In this document: positions 1 to 10,221 of the stretch, one piece after another
How positions within the stretch are numbered: the stretch's first letter is position 1
Layout of the letters: each line of letters opens with the position of its first letter
From: Candidatus Oxydemutatoraceae bacterium
GTDB lineage: Bacteria > Pseudomonadota > Gammaproteobacteria > Poriferisulfidales > Oxydemutatoraceae
Direction of reading: 5' to 3'
Assembly: GCA_965218975.1 (NCBI GenBank)
Contig: OZ244717.1
Span: forward strand, 1,056,001-1,120,000
DNA: 64,000 bases
The notes under the pieces: generated by a model
Databases searched by the model: none
The model's input: the letters and a program-made list of their open reading frames with translations, nothing else
Told to the model about the DNA's origin: nothing
Program-made: the position numbers and the translations under genes

Positions 1-46
1 AATTAAGTAGCTGGTATTGTAGACCGAGCATATCAGTTGGTCTCCC

Positions 47-1760
47 GTTACAGTGCCAGATACATGTGGGATTCACGGCACGACTCAAAAAGGTAACCGA
101 TATGCAATATCAGCACATCGGCCACCGCATCAAATGTTTCTATATGAGCCAATTTTGCTTCAAAAATAGAGGCTCATGAACACAACGGCTCAACAGAAAT
201 ATGCTGCCCTCATTTTGGGAGGATGTAACTCCCGAACGCATTCAAGATCGGTCGCAGTACTTTGTACCGCTGGCGCCGGCGTTATCGCCGCACTGGCCTC
301 AGCGCCTTACATGATCGCGGCAAAGCGCCGCGTAAGAGGCGTCGGCGGATTGTCAGCAAAGTGCTTGTCGTCCATGACGAGACTTGGTTCTGTCAACAAG
401 CCCCAGCCCCGATGTCCTTGTCGGGTCGTTCACCGCTGAAAACCAATTGGTTTTCCGGGCGCGTCTCACCCATGACGGACGGCGGGAGTGAGTTTCAAGG
501 ACAGTTTGCCCGGCTCATCCGGGAATCACCCGTGATTGAGTAGTGGCTGACCTATCCCAAGTGTCCAAAAATGAACGCGCACATCGAGCGCTTCAACCGC
601 ACCGTCCAAGAAGATTGTATCGATCATGCAGAAGACCTGCTATTCGCCGATACGGAAGCATTCAATGACCGGTTATGAAACCGTTTTGTGTTTGTTGGCG
701 GATTTTCGGCAAAGTGCCTGTCATCCATGACGAGACTGGGTTCTGTCAATGAGCGCCAGCCCCGACGTCCTTGTCGGGTCGTTCACCGCTGAAAACCAAT
801 TGGTTTTCCGGGCGCGTCTCACCCATGACGAGACTGGGTTCTGTCAATGAGCGCCAGCCCCGACATCCTTGTCGGGTCGTTCGCCGCTGAAAACCGATCG
901 GTTTTCCGGGCGCGTCTCACCCTGCGCCAGGCTTATCCGAATCTCGGCAGCAGTAAAATCTTTGAGCTGATGAAACCGTTTTGTGTTTGTTGGCGGATTG
1001 TCGGCGGATTGTGCCGGATTGTCGGCAAAGTGCCTGTCATCCATGACGAGACTGGGTTCTGTCAATGAGCGCCAGCCCCGACGTCCTTGTCGGGTCGTTC
1101 ACCGCTGAAAACCAATTGGTTTTCCGGGCGCGTCTCACCCATGACGAGACTGGGTTCTGTCAATGAGCGCCAGCCCCGACGTCCTTGTCGGGTCGTTCGC
1201 CGCTGAAAACCGATCGGTTTTCCGGGCGCGTCTCACCCTGCGCCAGGCTTATCCGAATCTCGGCAGCAGTAAAATCTTTGAGCTGATGAAACCGTTTTGT
1301 GTTTGTTGGCGGATTGTCGGCGGATTGTGCCGGATTGTCGGCAAAGTGCCTGTCATCCATGACGAGACTGGGTTCTGTCAATGAGCGCCAGCCCCGATGT
1401 CCTTGTCGAGTCGTTCACCGCTGAAAACCAATTGGTTTTCCGGGCGCGTCTCATCCATGACGAGACTGGGTTCTGTCAATGAGCGCCAGCCCCGACGTCC
1501 TTGTCGGGTCGTTCACCGCTGAAAACCAATTGGTTTTCCGGGCGCGTCTCACCCATGACGAGACTGGGTTCTGTCAATGAGCGCCAGCCCCGACATCCTT
1601 GTCGGGTCGTTCGCCGCTGAAAACCGATCGGTTTTCAGCGGCGCGTCTCACGCTGCACCGTCCTCATGCCGGCAACGGACAGAAAGCACCGATCCGAATG
1701 TTACTGCCGAACGCTTCCCCTGAAGCCCTTCAAAAATCCCATTTAGGGTGGCATCGTACA
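47..1760 (+). mobile_element. Degraded IS481-family insertion sequence (fragmented transposase pseudogene)
   Basis: Transposase pieces in several frames: ATG at 102 (MQYQHIG), HTH RSTLYRWRRRYRRTGLSALHDRGKAPRKRR (~250-345), integrase core TDGGSEF...TYPKCPKMNAHIERFNRTVQEDCID (472-675, internal TAG at 541), LRQAYPNLGSSKIFELMKPFC (922 and 1238), C-terminal LHRPHAG...SHLGWHRT (1653-1760) ending in ACA. The left end is approximate (degenerate IR near 47-73). Confidence 0.7.
372..1651. repeat. Eight copies of a ~98-bp palindrome-rich unit, partly in a 316-bp higher-order repeat
   Basis: CCATGACGAGACT...GCGCGTCTCAC units start at 372, 725, 823, 1041, 1139, 1357, 1455 and 1553. Each has a cccgac-N6-gtcggg hairpin (mismatched in some copies) and a gaaaacc(aatt/gatc)ggttttc palindrome. 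Confidence 0.95.
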
Positions 1761-2050
1761 ATGCATTGGACACGTAATATATGATATGATATATTGATAT
1801 TGCAGCCTAAAAAAACACGCAACTATACCAACTGTACTATAAAATTGAAAGGTGTGTAACTAGACCTATAAAATTTTGAAACCGGAAGAGGCTATAGGCT
1901 ACTAAATTAGCAATCTAATTTGTTGAATTTTTGTAAACCGTCAATGCTAGCGATGCAGGGAGTTACTAAAGTGAAGTGCATATATATTGTTGGCGAATCT
2001 AGCGTTCGCCGTGCATAGGAAAGTTTTCATATGTTCTGTATGGTATATTC

Positions 2051-5000
2051 TTGATCACCTCCGCAATACGTTTGGGGTCTATGCGAGCTAAATTAACACA
2101 TGGGTTTTCTGTAAACCGGTATCGCTTGGCGTGGGCGCCAAAGCGTTTAGTAACATCTCTGCTATTACCTGTCATACTGTTTATTACGCTGGGAAGTTCA
2201 AGTTCGGTGCAGGCACAGACACCAACCGAGAATAGCCCGATTATCATAATGCATGGCGATCCCGTGTTAAGTGAGTACATAGAACTCATGGACGCGAGTA
2301 GTTTCAGGTCTGCAAATCAAGGTATTTTAGTTTTTCCGGAAGGTAGCACTATAACCAATGATGTTGTAGATGAAAACAGCACTGACGGAATTCGCACGAT
2401 TACAATCACAGTGGATGCTCCGACCCAAGCGCGTTACAGAAATGAGATTAGCGATATTTTCCTTGGTGTGGAAGAAACAGTTAATGTAGAGGAGCAAACT
2501 TTTCGTCGCAATGATAATGATGGTGAGTCTGGTTGCGATGAATCAGTTTGTAGGCTAATCTATGTTGCTATCAACAGTCAAGACGAGCTTGATAGCGCCC
2601 TTGTAAGTAGTGTTACGGGTCTGTTGCGTTCAATACATTATGCTCCGATAGATCAGGACCCCCCTTCATCGGTTACGCTCACGATCATGCTTGAACCGGA
2701 TGCTGCAAATGGTAGGAATAACACGATTGCGACTGCTGTTTATACGATTAATATCCGTAAGGATGATGATCCGACGCAAGTCAGATTCTTCAATGCTGCG
2801 GGTGAAGAACTTCACAACGATGACATTGACCCCAATCCGCTTGAAGTATTTGAAGGCGGTTTGCTGGTAAGATTTACGGTTGAGTTGGATGCGGTTGAGT
2901 TAGGCGAAGATATAAGCGCTAGAACGCCGTTAGAAGAAGACAATAGTTTTCGGCTTGATTCGAATCGGAGTATTGTTACGAATCCCATTCCTAACCCCTA
3001 CTCAACGATGACGGAGTCGTTTTTCCCCCGCAGTTTATCTATGTATGGAAATGAAAGATTAGGTAGGATTTTTTCACCTTCACAAAATGGGTTTTTATCT
3101 GATAACGGAGTGGTTCGGAGAGTAGAGTTTCGATTTGTACCGCACGTAAATAACTACGGCAGAGTGGAAATAAGAGGATTCGAAATACAAGGGAGTAACC
3201 GGACTACAATTACTTCTTCGGGCGGCGGCTTTGATATTGTAGTTAATCCTACCAATGATTTGCCTTTTTTCTCTTTCTTCATTCACTTGAGGACTATTCA
3301 AGGGATACACTTCGGAAGTGGGTTTGGTTTCAACTCTTCTATTATCAACTCTGCTAATATTAGGGTTTTTAAAGATCCGGGGCTTCTTTCATCTGCAGAT
3401 AATCCTGAAACTTATTTTTTAGGATTTGAGGAGGATGAAGGGCACTTTGATAGTTTTGGGGGGTTTGAAGAGAACTCAGAGGGAGAACAGATATTCAGAG
3501 CCGCAGCAGGCGTAAGATTTCTCTTATATCAAGGTATAAGTGAAGGGTTTCCCGCTGAAGGTACTATCGTATCAATCGAAGCGCTACCTGAGGAATGTCA
3601 AAGGCTATTGGACACTGTAACAATTCGCGGCGATGATATCATCCACCCTATAATACCACATAACCCAGAGCGCATTTTCGCTGAATATGAGATTATAGGT
3701 GAATTAAAAGCAGATGTTTCGGGCGAGTGTTTTATTCCGATTACGGTGCGCATAGTAGAAGGGGAAGGTGAGGCGAGTCAGGGCGAACCTGTCTATCCGC
3801 CTTACGTAGAGAACTTGATGTTTAAGGTGGTTGTGTTGCCTGTGCCGGACGCGCCTGTATTAACTGTTGCCGACTCTGCTTTTCCGCTAGTGGTTTCGGA
3901 CATTGACCTTGCTGCCGGTGAAGCGAACGGTGTCATAGGCGCGGGTAGGATTACAGTAAACGATCCCGACCAAGATATTGACGGGCAAGCGCTTAGCCGC
4001 GAGTCCTTTTTAAGTTTAAGCATCGGTCCTGTTAATCCGTTAGAGAATATCGACAATGCTGCAGTCGGATTTGCCGATGGCGACGGTTATGAGTCGGATG
4101 AAGCAAGTGGGGAACTGAGGCTAAACGGTGAAAGCATTGCAAGCATTGACGCTGAAGATTCTCAGATAACATTCACATTTGATCAAAGCACTATCAATTC
4201 AACTGCCACACTCAATGCAATCATTGCGCATCTGCAAGTCAGATACATCAACGGTGATTTTGGTCAAGAGACATCGCAAACGTTAACATTCTATGACGGC
4301 ACGTATACAGCCAGTGCGCAATTTAATGCGATTGGCAATAATCCGTTCGTAATAGAGCCTGCGGACACTCAACTACAGACGGCGTATGTGGAAAACAGCA
4401 CTGATAGTGTATCGGTAGTGCCGAATGGTATTGATATCCGGACCATTGGCGTTGATGTTGTCGGTACTGCGTCGGTTCGGATTTCAGTGTCGAACGCGAC
4501 GCAGACGCGCTACCGAGCAAATGATGGTGGTGTCGGTGATGACCGTATACCTTCGTTTTTGCAGGCGGGCAGCGGGTTTAATGTTGGGGACAGTGGCTTC
4601 ACTCAAAGTGATACGGTATGCGATCGTTCAGATGATGATTGTACAATCGCTTTTGTAGCGGCAGGAGGCGCGGCGACAACCGAACAAACGACAGCTTTAT
4701 TGCGGGCAATTCGTTTCAGCGCTCCGGGGGATGAGGATCCGAGGAGTTTCATCACTGTGAGGGTTGTGATAGTAGGTTTGGCGGCAAACATTTCAGGTAC
4801 CAACACGACTGAAAGTACCGCAACATATACGGTGACATATACGCTTCCGATTATGCAGCAGGAGGATCCGACGCAAGTTAGATTCTTCAATGCTGCGGGT
4901 GAACCTCACAACGATGACATTGACCCCAATCCGCTTGAAGTGTTTGAAGGCGGTTCGTCGGTCAGATTTACGGTTGAGTTGGATGCGGTTGAGTTAGGCG

Positions 5001-8000
5001 AAGATATAAGCGCTAGAACTCCATTAGAAGAAGACAATAGTTTTCGGCTTGATTTGAATCGGGAGATTGTTACGAATCCTAACCCTGACCCTTATTCAAC
5101 GATGACGGAGTCGTTTTTTTTCCTGCCATTTGAATATGGAAGAGGAGGGTTAGGTAGGATTTCGCAAGAGAGGTTTTTATCTGATGACGGAGTGGTTCGG
5201 CGGGTAGAGTTTGCGTTTAGACCGGCCCTACATAAGTACGGCAGAGTGGAAATAATAGGATTCGAAACGCAAGCGAATAACCTGATAGAGCTCGCTTCTT
5301 CAAGCGGCAGGTTTGATATTGTAGTCAATCCTACCAATGATCCGCCTTTTTTCGATATTTTTATTTTTCCGAGGACTGTTCAAGGGATAGACTTCGGAGG
5401 GGTGTCTGAGCGTGGTTCTAGTCCTACTGCTGCTCCTTCTTCTGATAATATTAGGTTTTTTAGAGATCCTAGTTCTTTGCCCGCAGATAATCCTGAGTTA
5501 TATTTTTTAGGATTTGAGGAAGATGAGGGAGACTTTGATAGTTTTGGGGTTCCCCTGCAGGCCCCTGCAGGCCTAGCATTTTTCTTATCTCAAGGTGATT
5601 TTGAAGGTCTCCCCGCCGAAGATGCCGTAACGGTGGGAGCGCTTCCTGAGGAGTGTGAAAGACTGTTCGATAGATTAGAGATCATCCGCAGGGATGATCT
5701 CTTCAGTAGCTTAGATCCTTCTGCCATGGATACACTTTCACCAAGAGTCCCTCGTTTTGCTGAATACAAGCTTATAGGTAGGTTAAAAGCAGATGCTTCG
5801 GGCGAGTGTTTTATTCCGATCACGGTGCGTATAGTAGAAGGGGAGGGTCAGGGCGAACCTACCTATCCGTCTTATGTAGAGAACTTGATGGTTAAGGCGG
5901 TTGTGTTGCCTGTGCCGGACGCGCCGGTCACACCGAACGCGCCTGTATTGACTGTTGCCGACTCTGCTTTTCCGCTAGTGGTTTCGGACATTGACCTTGC
6001 TGCCGATGAAGCGAGCAGTGTCATAGGTGCAGGCAAGATTACAGTGAACGATCCCGACCAAGATATTGACGGGCAAGCGCTTAGCCGCGAGTCCTTTTTA
6101 AGTTTAAGCATCGGTCCTGTTAATCCGTCAGAGAATATCGCCAATGCTGCAGTCGGATTTGCCGATGGCGACGGTTATGAGTCGGATGAAGTAAGTGGGG
6201 AACGGGAACTGAGGCTGAGGCTAAACGGTGAAAGCATTGCAAGCATTGTCGCTGAAAATTCTCGGATAACGTTTATGTTTGATCAAAGCATTATCAATTC
6301 AACTGCCACACTCAATGCAATCATTGAACGTCTGCAAGTCAGATACATCAACGGAGATTTTGTTCAAGAGACATCGCAAACGCTAACATTCTATGACGGC
6401 ATGTATACGGTGAGTGCGCAATTTAATGCAATCGGCAATAATCTGCTCATAATAGAGCCTGCGACTGCCGTCTTGCCGACAGAATACGAAGAAAATAGTG
6501 TGCTTGGCGTGTTGATTGTACCGAGTAATCTTGAAGTAAGGAACATTGACACCGACAACGACGGCATTAAGCATGATGTTGCGTCGGTTCGGGTTTCAGT
6601 GCCGAATGCAATGCAGATGCGCTACCGAACCGGATTCAACGGGACGCCAAATTTTCTGACGGCAGGCTCGACAGCGGAGGGTTTTTCAGAACCTGTCGGC
6701 GTCTGCGATGCCGATGAATGCTCTCTAGAGTTTCATGCGCCTGACGGTATGTCGGCGAGCCCTGAGCAAGCCGAAGCGCTATTGCGAGGGATAACTTTCA
6801 GTATGCCGGCGAATGAAGACCCGCGCGAGTTCACGATAATTACGATTGTGATAACAAGCAGCCCGACTGCGACTCTGAACGTTCCGATTCCTCAAGTCAT
6901 CGTAATGGCAACTTACACGCTGCCGATTATGCAGCAGGAGGACCCGACGCAAGTTAGATTCTTCAATGCTGCGGGTGAAGAACTTCACAACGATGACATT
7001 GACCCCAATCCGCTTGAAGTGTTTGAAGGCGGTTCGTCGGTCAGATTTACGGTTGAGTCGGATGCGGTTGAGTTAGGCGAAGATATGAGCGCTAGAACTC
7101 CATTAGGAGATGATAATAGTTTTCGGCTTGATTTGAATCGAGAGATTGCTACGAATCCCATTCCTAACCCCTACTCGACGATGACGGAGTTGTTTTTTCT
7201 CTCCGATTCATTTCCGTATGGGAGTGGAAGATTAGGTAGGATTTTGCAAGAGAGGTTTTTGTCTGATAACGGAGTGCTTCGGAGGGTAGAGTTTGGATTC
7301 ACACCGCGCGCAAATACATACGGCAGAGTGGAAATAAGAAGATTCGAAACGCAAGCGAATAACCTGGTAGAGCTCGCTTCTCCGGGTGGCGGTTTTGATA
7401 TTGTAGTCAATCCTACCAATGATCGGCCTTCTTTCGGTCTCTATATTTTAGAGAGGACCATCGGAGAAACGATCTTCGGAGGTCTGTCTCAGACAGATAT
7501 TTCTGATCGGATTAGGTTTTTTAGAGATCCGGGGCTTCTTTCATCTGCGGATAGAATTTATTTTTTAGGATTTGAAGAGAATGAAGGACACTTTGATAGT
7601 TTTGGGAGGTTTGAGGAGACCCCTGAGGGAGAACCATTATTCAGAGCTCCGGCAGGTCTAGTATTTATCGTAGGTCAAGGTGTAGAAGAAGGGGTGCCCG
7701 CCGAAGATGATGCCGTAACAGTCGGTGCGCTTCCTGAGGAGTGTGAAAGACTGTTCGATAGATTAGAGATCATCCGCGGGGATGGTCTCTTCAGTATCTT
7801 AGACCCTTCTGCTATGGATACATTTTCACTAATAGCCCCTCGTTTTGCTGAATACAAGCTTATAGGCGAGTTAAAAGCAGATGCTTCGGGCGAGTGTTTT
7901 ATTCCGATTACGGTGCGCATAGTAGAAGGGGAAGGTGAGGCGAGTCAGGGCGAGCCTGTCTATCCGCCTTATGTAGAGAACTTGATGTTTAAGGCGATTG

Positions 8001-9607
8001 TGTTGCCTGTGCCGAACGCGCCTGTATTGACTGTTGCCGACTCTGCTTTTCCGCTAGTGGTTTCGGACATTGACCTTGCTGCCGGTGAAGCGAGCGGTGT
8101 CATAGGCGCGGGTAGGATTACAGTAAACGATCCCGACCAAGATGTTGACGAGCAAGCGCTTAGCCGCGAGTCCTTTTTAAGTTTAAGCATCGGTCCTGTT
8201 AATCCGTTAGAGAATATCGACAATGCTGCAGTCGGATTTGCCGATGGCGACGGTTATGAGTCGGATGAAGCAAGTGGGGAACTGAGGCTAAACGATGAAA
8301 GCATTGCAAGCATTGTCGCTGAAGATTCTCGGATAACGTTTATGTTTGATCAAAGCACTATCAATTCAACCGCCACACTCAATGCAATCATTGAACGTCT
8401 GCAAGTCAGATACATCAACGGTGATTTTGGTCAAGAGACATCGCAAACGTTAACATTCTATGACGGCATGTATACGGTGAGTGCGCAATTTAATGCGATT
8501 GGCAATAATCTGCTCATAATAGAGCCTGCGACTGCCGTCTTGCTGACAGAATACGAAGAAAATAGTGTGCTTGGCGTGCCGATTGTACCGAGTAATCTTG
8601 AAGTAAGGAATATTGACACCGACAACGACGGCATTAAGCATGATGTTGCGTCGGTTCGGGTTTCAGTGCCGAATGCAATGCAGATGCGCTACCAAGCCGG
8701 ATTCAACGGGACGCCAAATTTTCTGACGGCAGGCTCGACAGCGGAGGGTTTTTCAGAACCTGCCGGCGTCTGCGATGCCGATGAATGCTCTCTAGAGTTT
8801 CATGCGCCTGACGGTATGCCGGCGAGCCCTGAGCAAGCCGAAGCGCTATTGCGAGGGATAACTTTCAGTATGCCGGCGAATGAAGACCCGCGCGAGTTCA
8901 CGACAATTACGATTGTGATAACAAGCAGCCCGACTGCGACTCTGAACGTTCCGATTCCTCAAGTCATCGTAATGGCAACTTACACGCTTCCGATTATCGT
9001 GCAGTTAAACACTCCGATAGTGATGGTGAACGAGTTGAGCATAGACAGTGTGGTTGTGTCTTGGAATGCGATTGAGAATGCGAGTAGTTATACGGTGACA
9101 GTGGCTACGGACGGAGACAGCACGACGGTTGAGACGGTATTAACATCGGAGACGCTTATAGATTTACAAGTGGATACGGCTTATACGGTGTCAGTGGTGG
9201 CGATGGCGGTTGGGTTTCTTGATAGTGAGGCGGGCGAAGTGACATTTGGTATATTGCCGGACGGGTCGGTTGTATTTTTGCCGGATCAGCCTAGCTTTGG
9301 TGTTATTCCGGGTATTAAGCGGTTAAGGGTAACATGGTTGCCGCCGGCGAATGATGGAGGACTGCCGATTCTAGGTTATAGAGTCATTTGGCGGGTGACG
9401 GCAGGTGGAGGCGAGATGTCCAATAATATTTCTGATCCGGCTATAATGGAGTACGAGATAGATTCTTTGACCAACGGAGTGACTTACACTGTTACGGTTG
9501 TTTCGGTAAACGAGCTTGGTGAGAGCCCCATTTTGAGGACTGTAAATGCGACCCCCAATGCTTTACGTTTGAGGGTACGAGTCTTTCTTCAGGGTGCGTT
9601 ACAGTAA
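2051..9607 (+). CDS. Giant repetitive exported/surface protein (adhesin-like), three ~690-aa internal repeats plus two C-terminal FN3 domains
   Basis: 2518-aa ORF (alternative ATG at 2081). Signal-peptide-like LLLPVILFITLGSSSSVQA-QT; repeats start with DPTQVRFFNAAG; FN3 motifs VVVSWNAIENASSYTVTV and VTWLPPANDGGLPILGY...LTNGVTYTVTVVSVN. Confidence 0.85.
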   Translation: MITSAIRLGSMRAKLTHGFSVNRYRLAWAPKRLVTSLLLPVILFITLGSSSSVQAQTPTENSPIIIMHGDPVLSEYIELMDASSFRSANQGILVFPEGSTITNDVVDENSTDGIRTITITVDAPTQARYRNEISDIFLGVEETVNVEEQTFRRNDNDGESGCDESVCRLIYVAINSQDELDSALVSSVTGLLRSIHYAPIDQDPPSSVTLTIMLEPDAANGRNNTIATAVYTINIRKDDDPTQVRFFNAAGEELHNDDIDPNPLEVFEGGLLVRFTVELDAVELGEDISARTPLEEDNSFRLDSNRSIVTNPIPNPYSTMTESFFPRSLSMYGNERLGRIFSPSQNGFLSDNGVVRRVEFRFVPHVNNYGRVEIRGFEIQGSNRTTITSSGGGFDIVVNPTNDLPFFSFFIHLRTIQGIHFGSGFGFNSSIINSANIRVFKDPGLLSSADNPETYFLGFEEDEGHFDSFGGFEENSEGEQIFRAAAGVRFLLYQGISEGFPAEGTIVSIEALPEECQRLLDTVTIRGDDIIHPIIPHNPERIFAEYEIIGELKADVSGECFIPITVRIVEGEGEASQGEPVYPPYVENLMFKVVVLPVPDAPVLTVADSAFPLVVSDIDLAAGEANGVIGAGRITVNDPDQDIDGQALSRESFLSLSIGPVNPLENIDNAAVGFADGDGYESDEASGELRLNGESIASIDAEDSQITFTFDQSTINSTATLNAIIAHLQVRYINGDFGQETSQTLTFYDGTYTASAQFNAIGNNPFVIEPADTQLQTAYVENSTDSVSVVPNGIDIRTIGVDVVGTASVRISVSNATQTRYRANDGGVGDDRIPSFLQAGSGFNVGDSGFTQSDTVCDRSDDDCTIAFVAAGGAATTEQTTALLRAIRFSAPGDEDPRSFITVRVVIVGLAANISGTNTTESTATYTVTYTLPIMQQEDPTQVRFFNAAGEPHNDDIDPNPLEVFEGGSSVRFTVELDAVELGEDISARTPLEEDNSFRLDLNREIVTNPNPDPYSTMTESFFFLPFEYGRGGLGRISQERFLSDDGVVRRVEFAFRPALHKYGRVEIIGFETQANNLIELASSSGRFDIVVNPTNDPPFFDIFIFPRTVQGIDFGGVSERGSSPTAAPSSDNIRFFRDPSSLPADNPELYFLGFEEDEGDFDSFGVPLQAPAGLAFFLSQGDFEGLPAEDAVTVGALPEECERLFDRLEIIRRDDLFSSLDPSAMDTLSPRVPRFAEYKLIGRLKADASGECFIPITVRIVEGEGQGEPTYPSYVENLMVKAVVLPVPDAPVTPNAPVLTVADSAFPLVVSDIDLAADEASSVIGAGKITVNDPDQDIDGQALSRESFLSLSIGPVNPSENIANAAVGFADGDGYESDEVSGERELRLRLNGESIASIVAENSRITFMFDQSIINSTATLNAIIERLQVRYINGDFVQETSQTLTFYDGMYTVSAQFNAIGNNLLIIEPATAVLPTEYEENSVLGVLIVPSNLEVRNIDTDNDGIKHDVASVRVSVPNAMQMRYRTGFNGTPNFLTAGSTAEGFSEPVGVCDADECSLEFHAPDGMSASPEQAEALLRGITFSMPANEDPREFTIITIVITSSPTATLNVPIPQVIVMATYTLPIMQQEDPTQVRFFNAAGEELHNDDIDPNPLEVFEGGSSVRFTVESDAVELGEDMSARTPLGDDNSFRLDLNREIATNPIPNPYSTMTELFFLSDSFPYGSGRLGRILQERFLSDNGVLRRVEFGFTPRANTYGRVEIRRFETQANNLVELASPGGGFDIVVNPTNDRPSFGLYILERTIGETIFGGLSQTDISDRIRFFRDPGLLSSADRIYFLGFEENEGHFDSFGRFEETPEGEPLFRAPAGLVFIVGQGVEEGVPAEDDAVTVGALPEECERLFDRLEIIRGDGLFSILDPSAMDTFSLIAPRFAEYKLIGELKADASGECFIPITVRIVEGEGEASQGEPVYPPYVENLMFKAIVLPVPNAPVLTVADSAFPLVVSDIDLAAGEASGVIGAGRITVNDPDQDVDEQALSRESFLSLSIGPVNPLENIDNAAVGFADGDGYESDEASGELRLNDESIASIVAEDSRITFMFDQSTINSTATLNAIIERLQVRYINGDFGQETSQTLTFYDGMYTVSAQFNAIGNNLLIIEPATAVLLTEYEENSVLGVPIVPSNLEVRNIDTDNDGIKHDVASVRVSVPNAMQMRYQAGFNGTPNFLTAGSTAEGFSEPAGVCDADECSLEFHAPDGMPASPEQAEALLRGITFSMPANEDPREFTTITIVITSSPTATLNVPIPQVIVMATYTLPIIVQLNTPIVMVNELSIDSVVVSWNAIENASSYTVTVATDGDSTTVETVLTSETLIDLQVDTAYTVSVVAMAVGFLDSEAGEVTFGILPDGSVVFLPDQPSFGVIPGIKRLRVTWLPPANDGGLPILGYRVIWRVTAGGGEMSNNISDPAIMEYEIDSLTNGVTYTVTVVSVNELGESPILRTVNATPNALRLRVRVFLQGALQ
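2768..8998 (+). repeat. Three tandem ~2.1-kb intragenic repeats
   Basis: GA(T/C)CCGACGCAAGT(C/T)AGATTCTTCAATGCTGCGGG at 2768, 4865 and 6941, followed by long near-identical blocks. Confidence 0.9.
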
Positions 9608-10221
9608 AACTAAATTGCTTACTTTTAGCCAATGCAAAAACCATTTTTGAATGAACTACGAAAAGAGAGAGCTCTTGTAAATATTTATTTGATCAAGTGA
9701 TAAGGATTATCGGGGGAATGCTAGGGCATTTGACTCATAGTACTGACAATGCTAAACAGCAAAACGGCTTAGGCATTCTCTCAGTAGAAATTTTTACGAT
9801 TATGTTCCGTTAGTATATCGACAAGATTTTGATCAATTAGATTTCTCAACTTTCTTTTACTCGCTGAGTTACATTCAAGCTGTGATCAAGCGAGTTCGGT
9901 TTGTTGTAAGTGATACGAGTTGAGTTTGTTGATAAACTGCTCATAAGTTGCATCCGAATTAACGAGTCGCTATTAATTAACGTTTCACACACTGACGGAT
10001 AATTGTTGCAGCGCCGATAAAGCCTACTACTTTCTACCACTGTACCGGTGCTTTTTATTCTGGCCGAATCCATTGCAAATTAGCGGAATTCCTTTATGAT
10101 GCTTCAATCATAAATGGGGATTACCGAGTCCTCATATAGAATGTTGCAATCAGTGCCGGCTTGGGGTATCTTTACTATAAAATTCATTAGATGCAAAGAT
10201 AAATGCTGGAGGTATAACATA

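Noticed and set aside
372-1651. CRISPR array or integron attC array
   Set aside because: Units are 98 bp, mostly head-to-tail or separated by identical sequence rather than unique spacers. No cas or integron integrase gene is present and no RYYYAAC/GTTRRRY boxes were seen.
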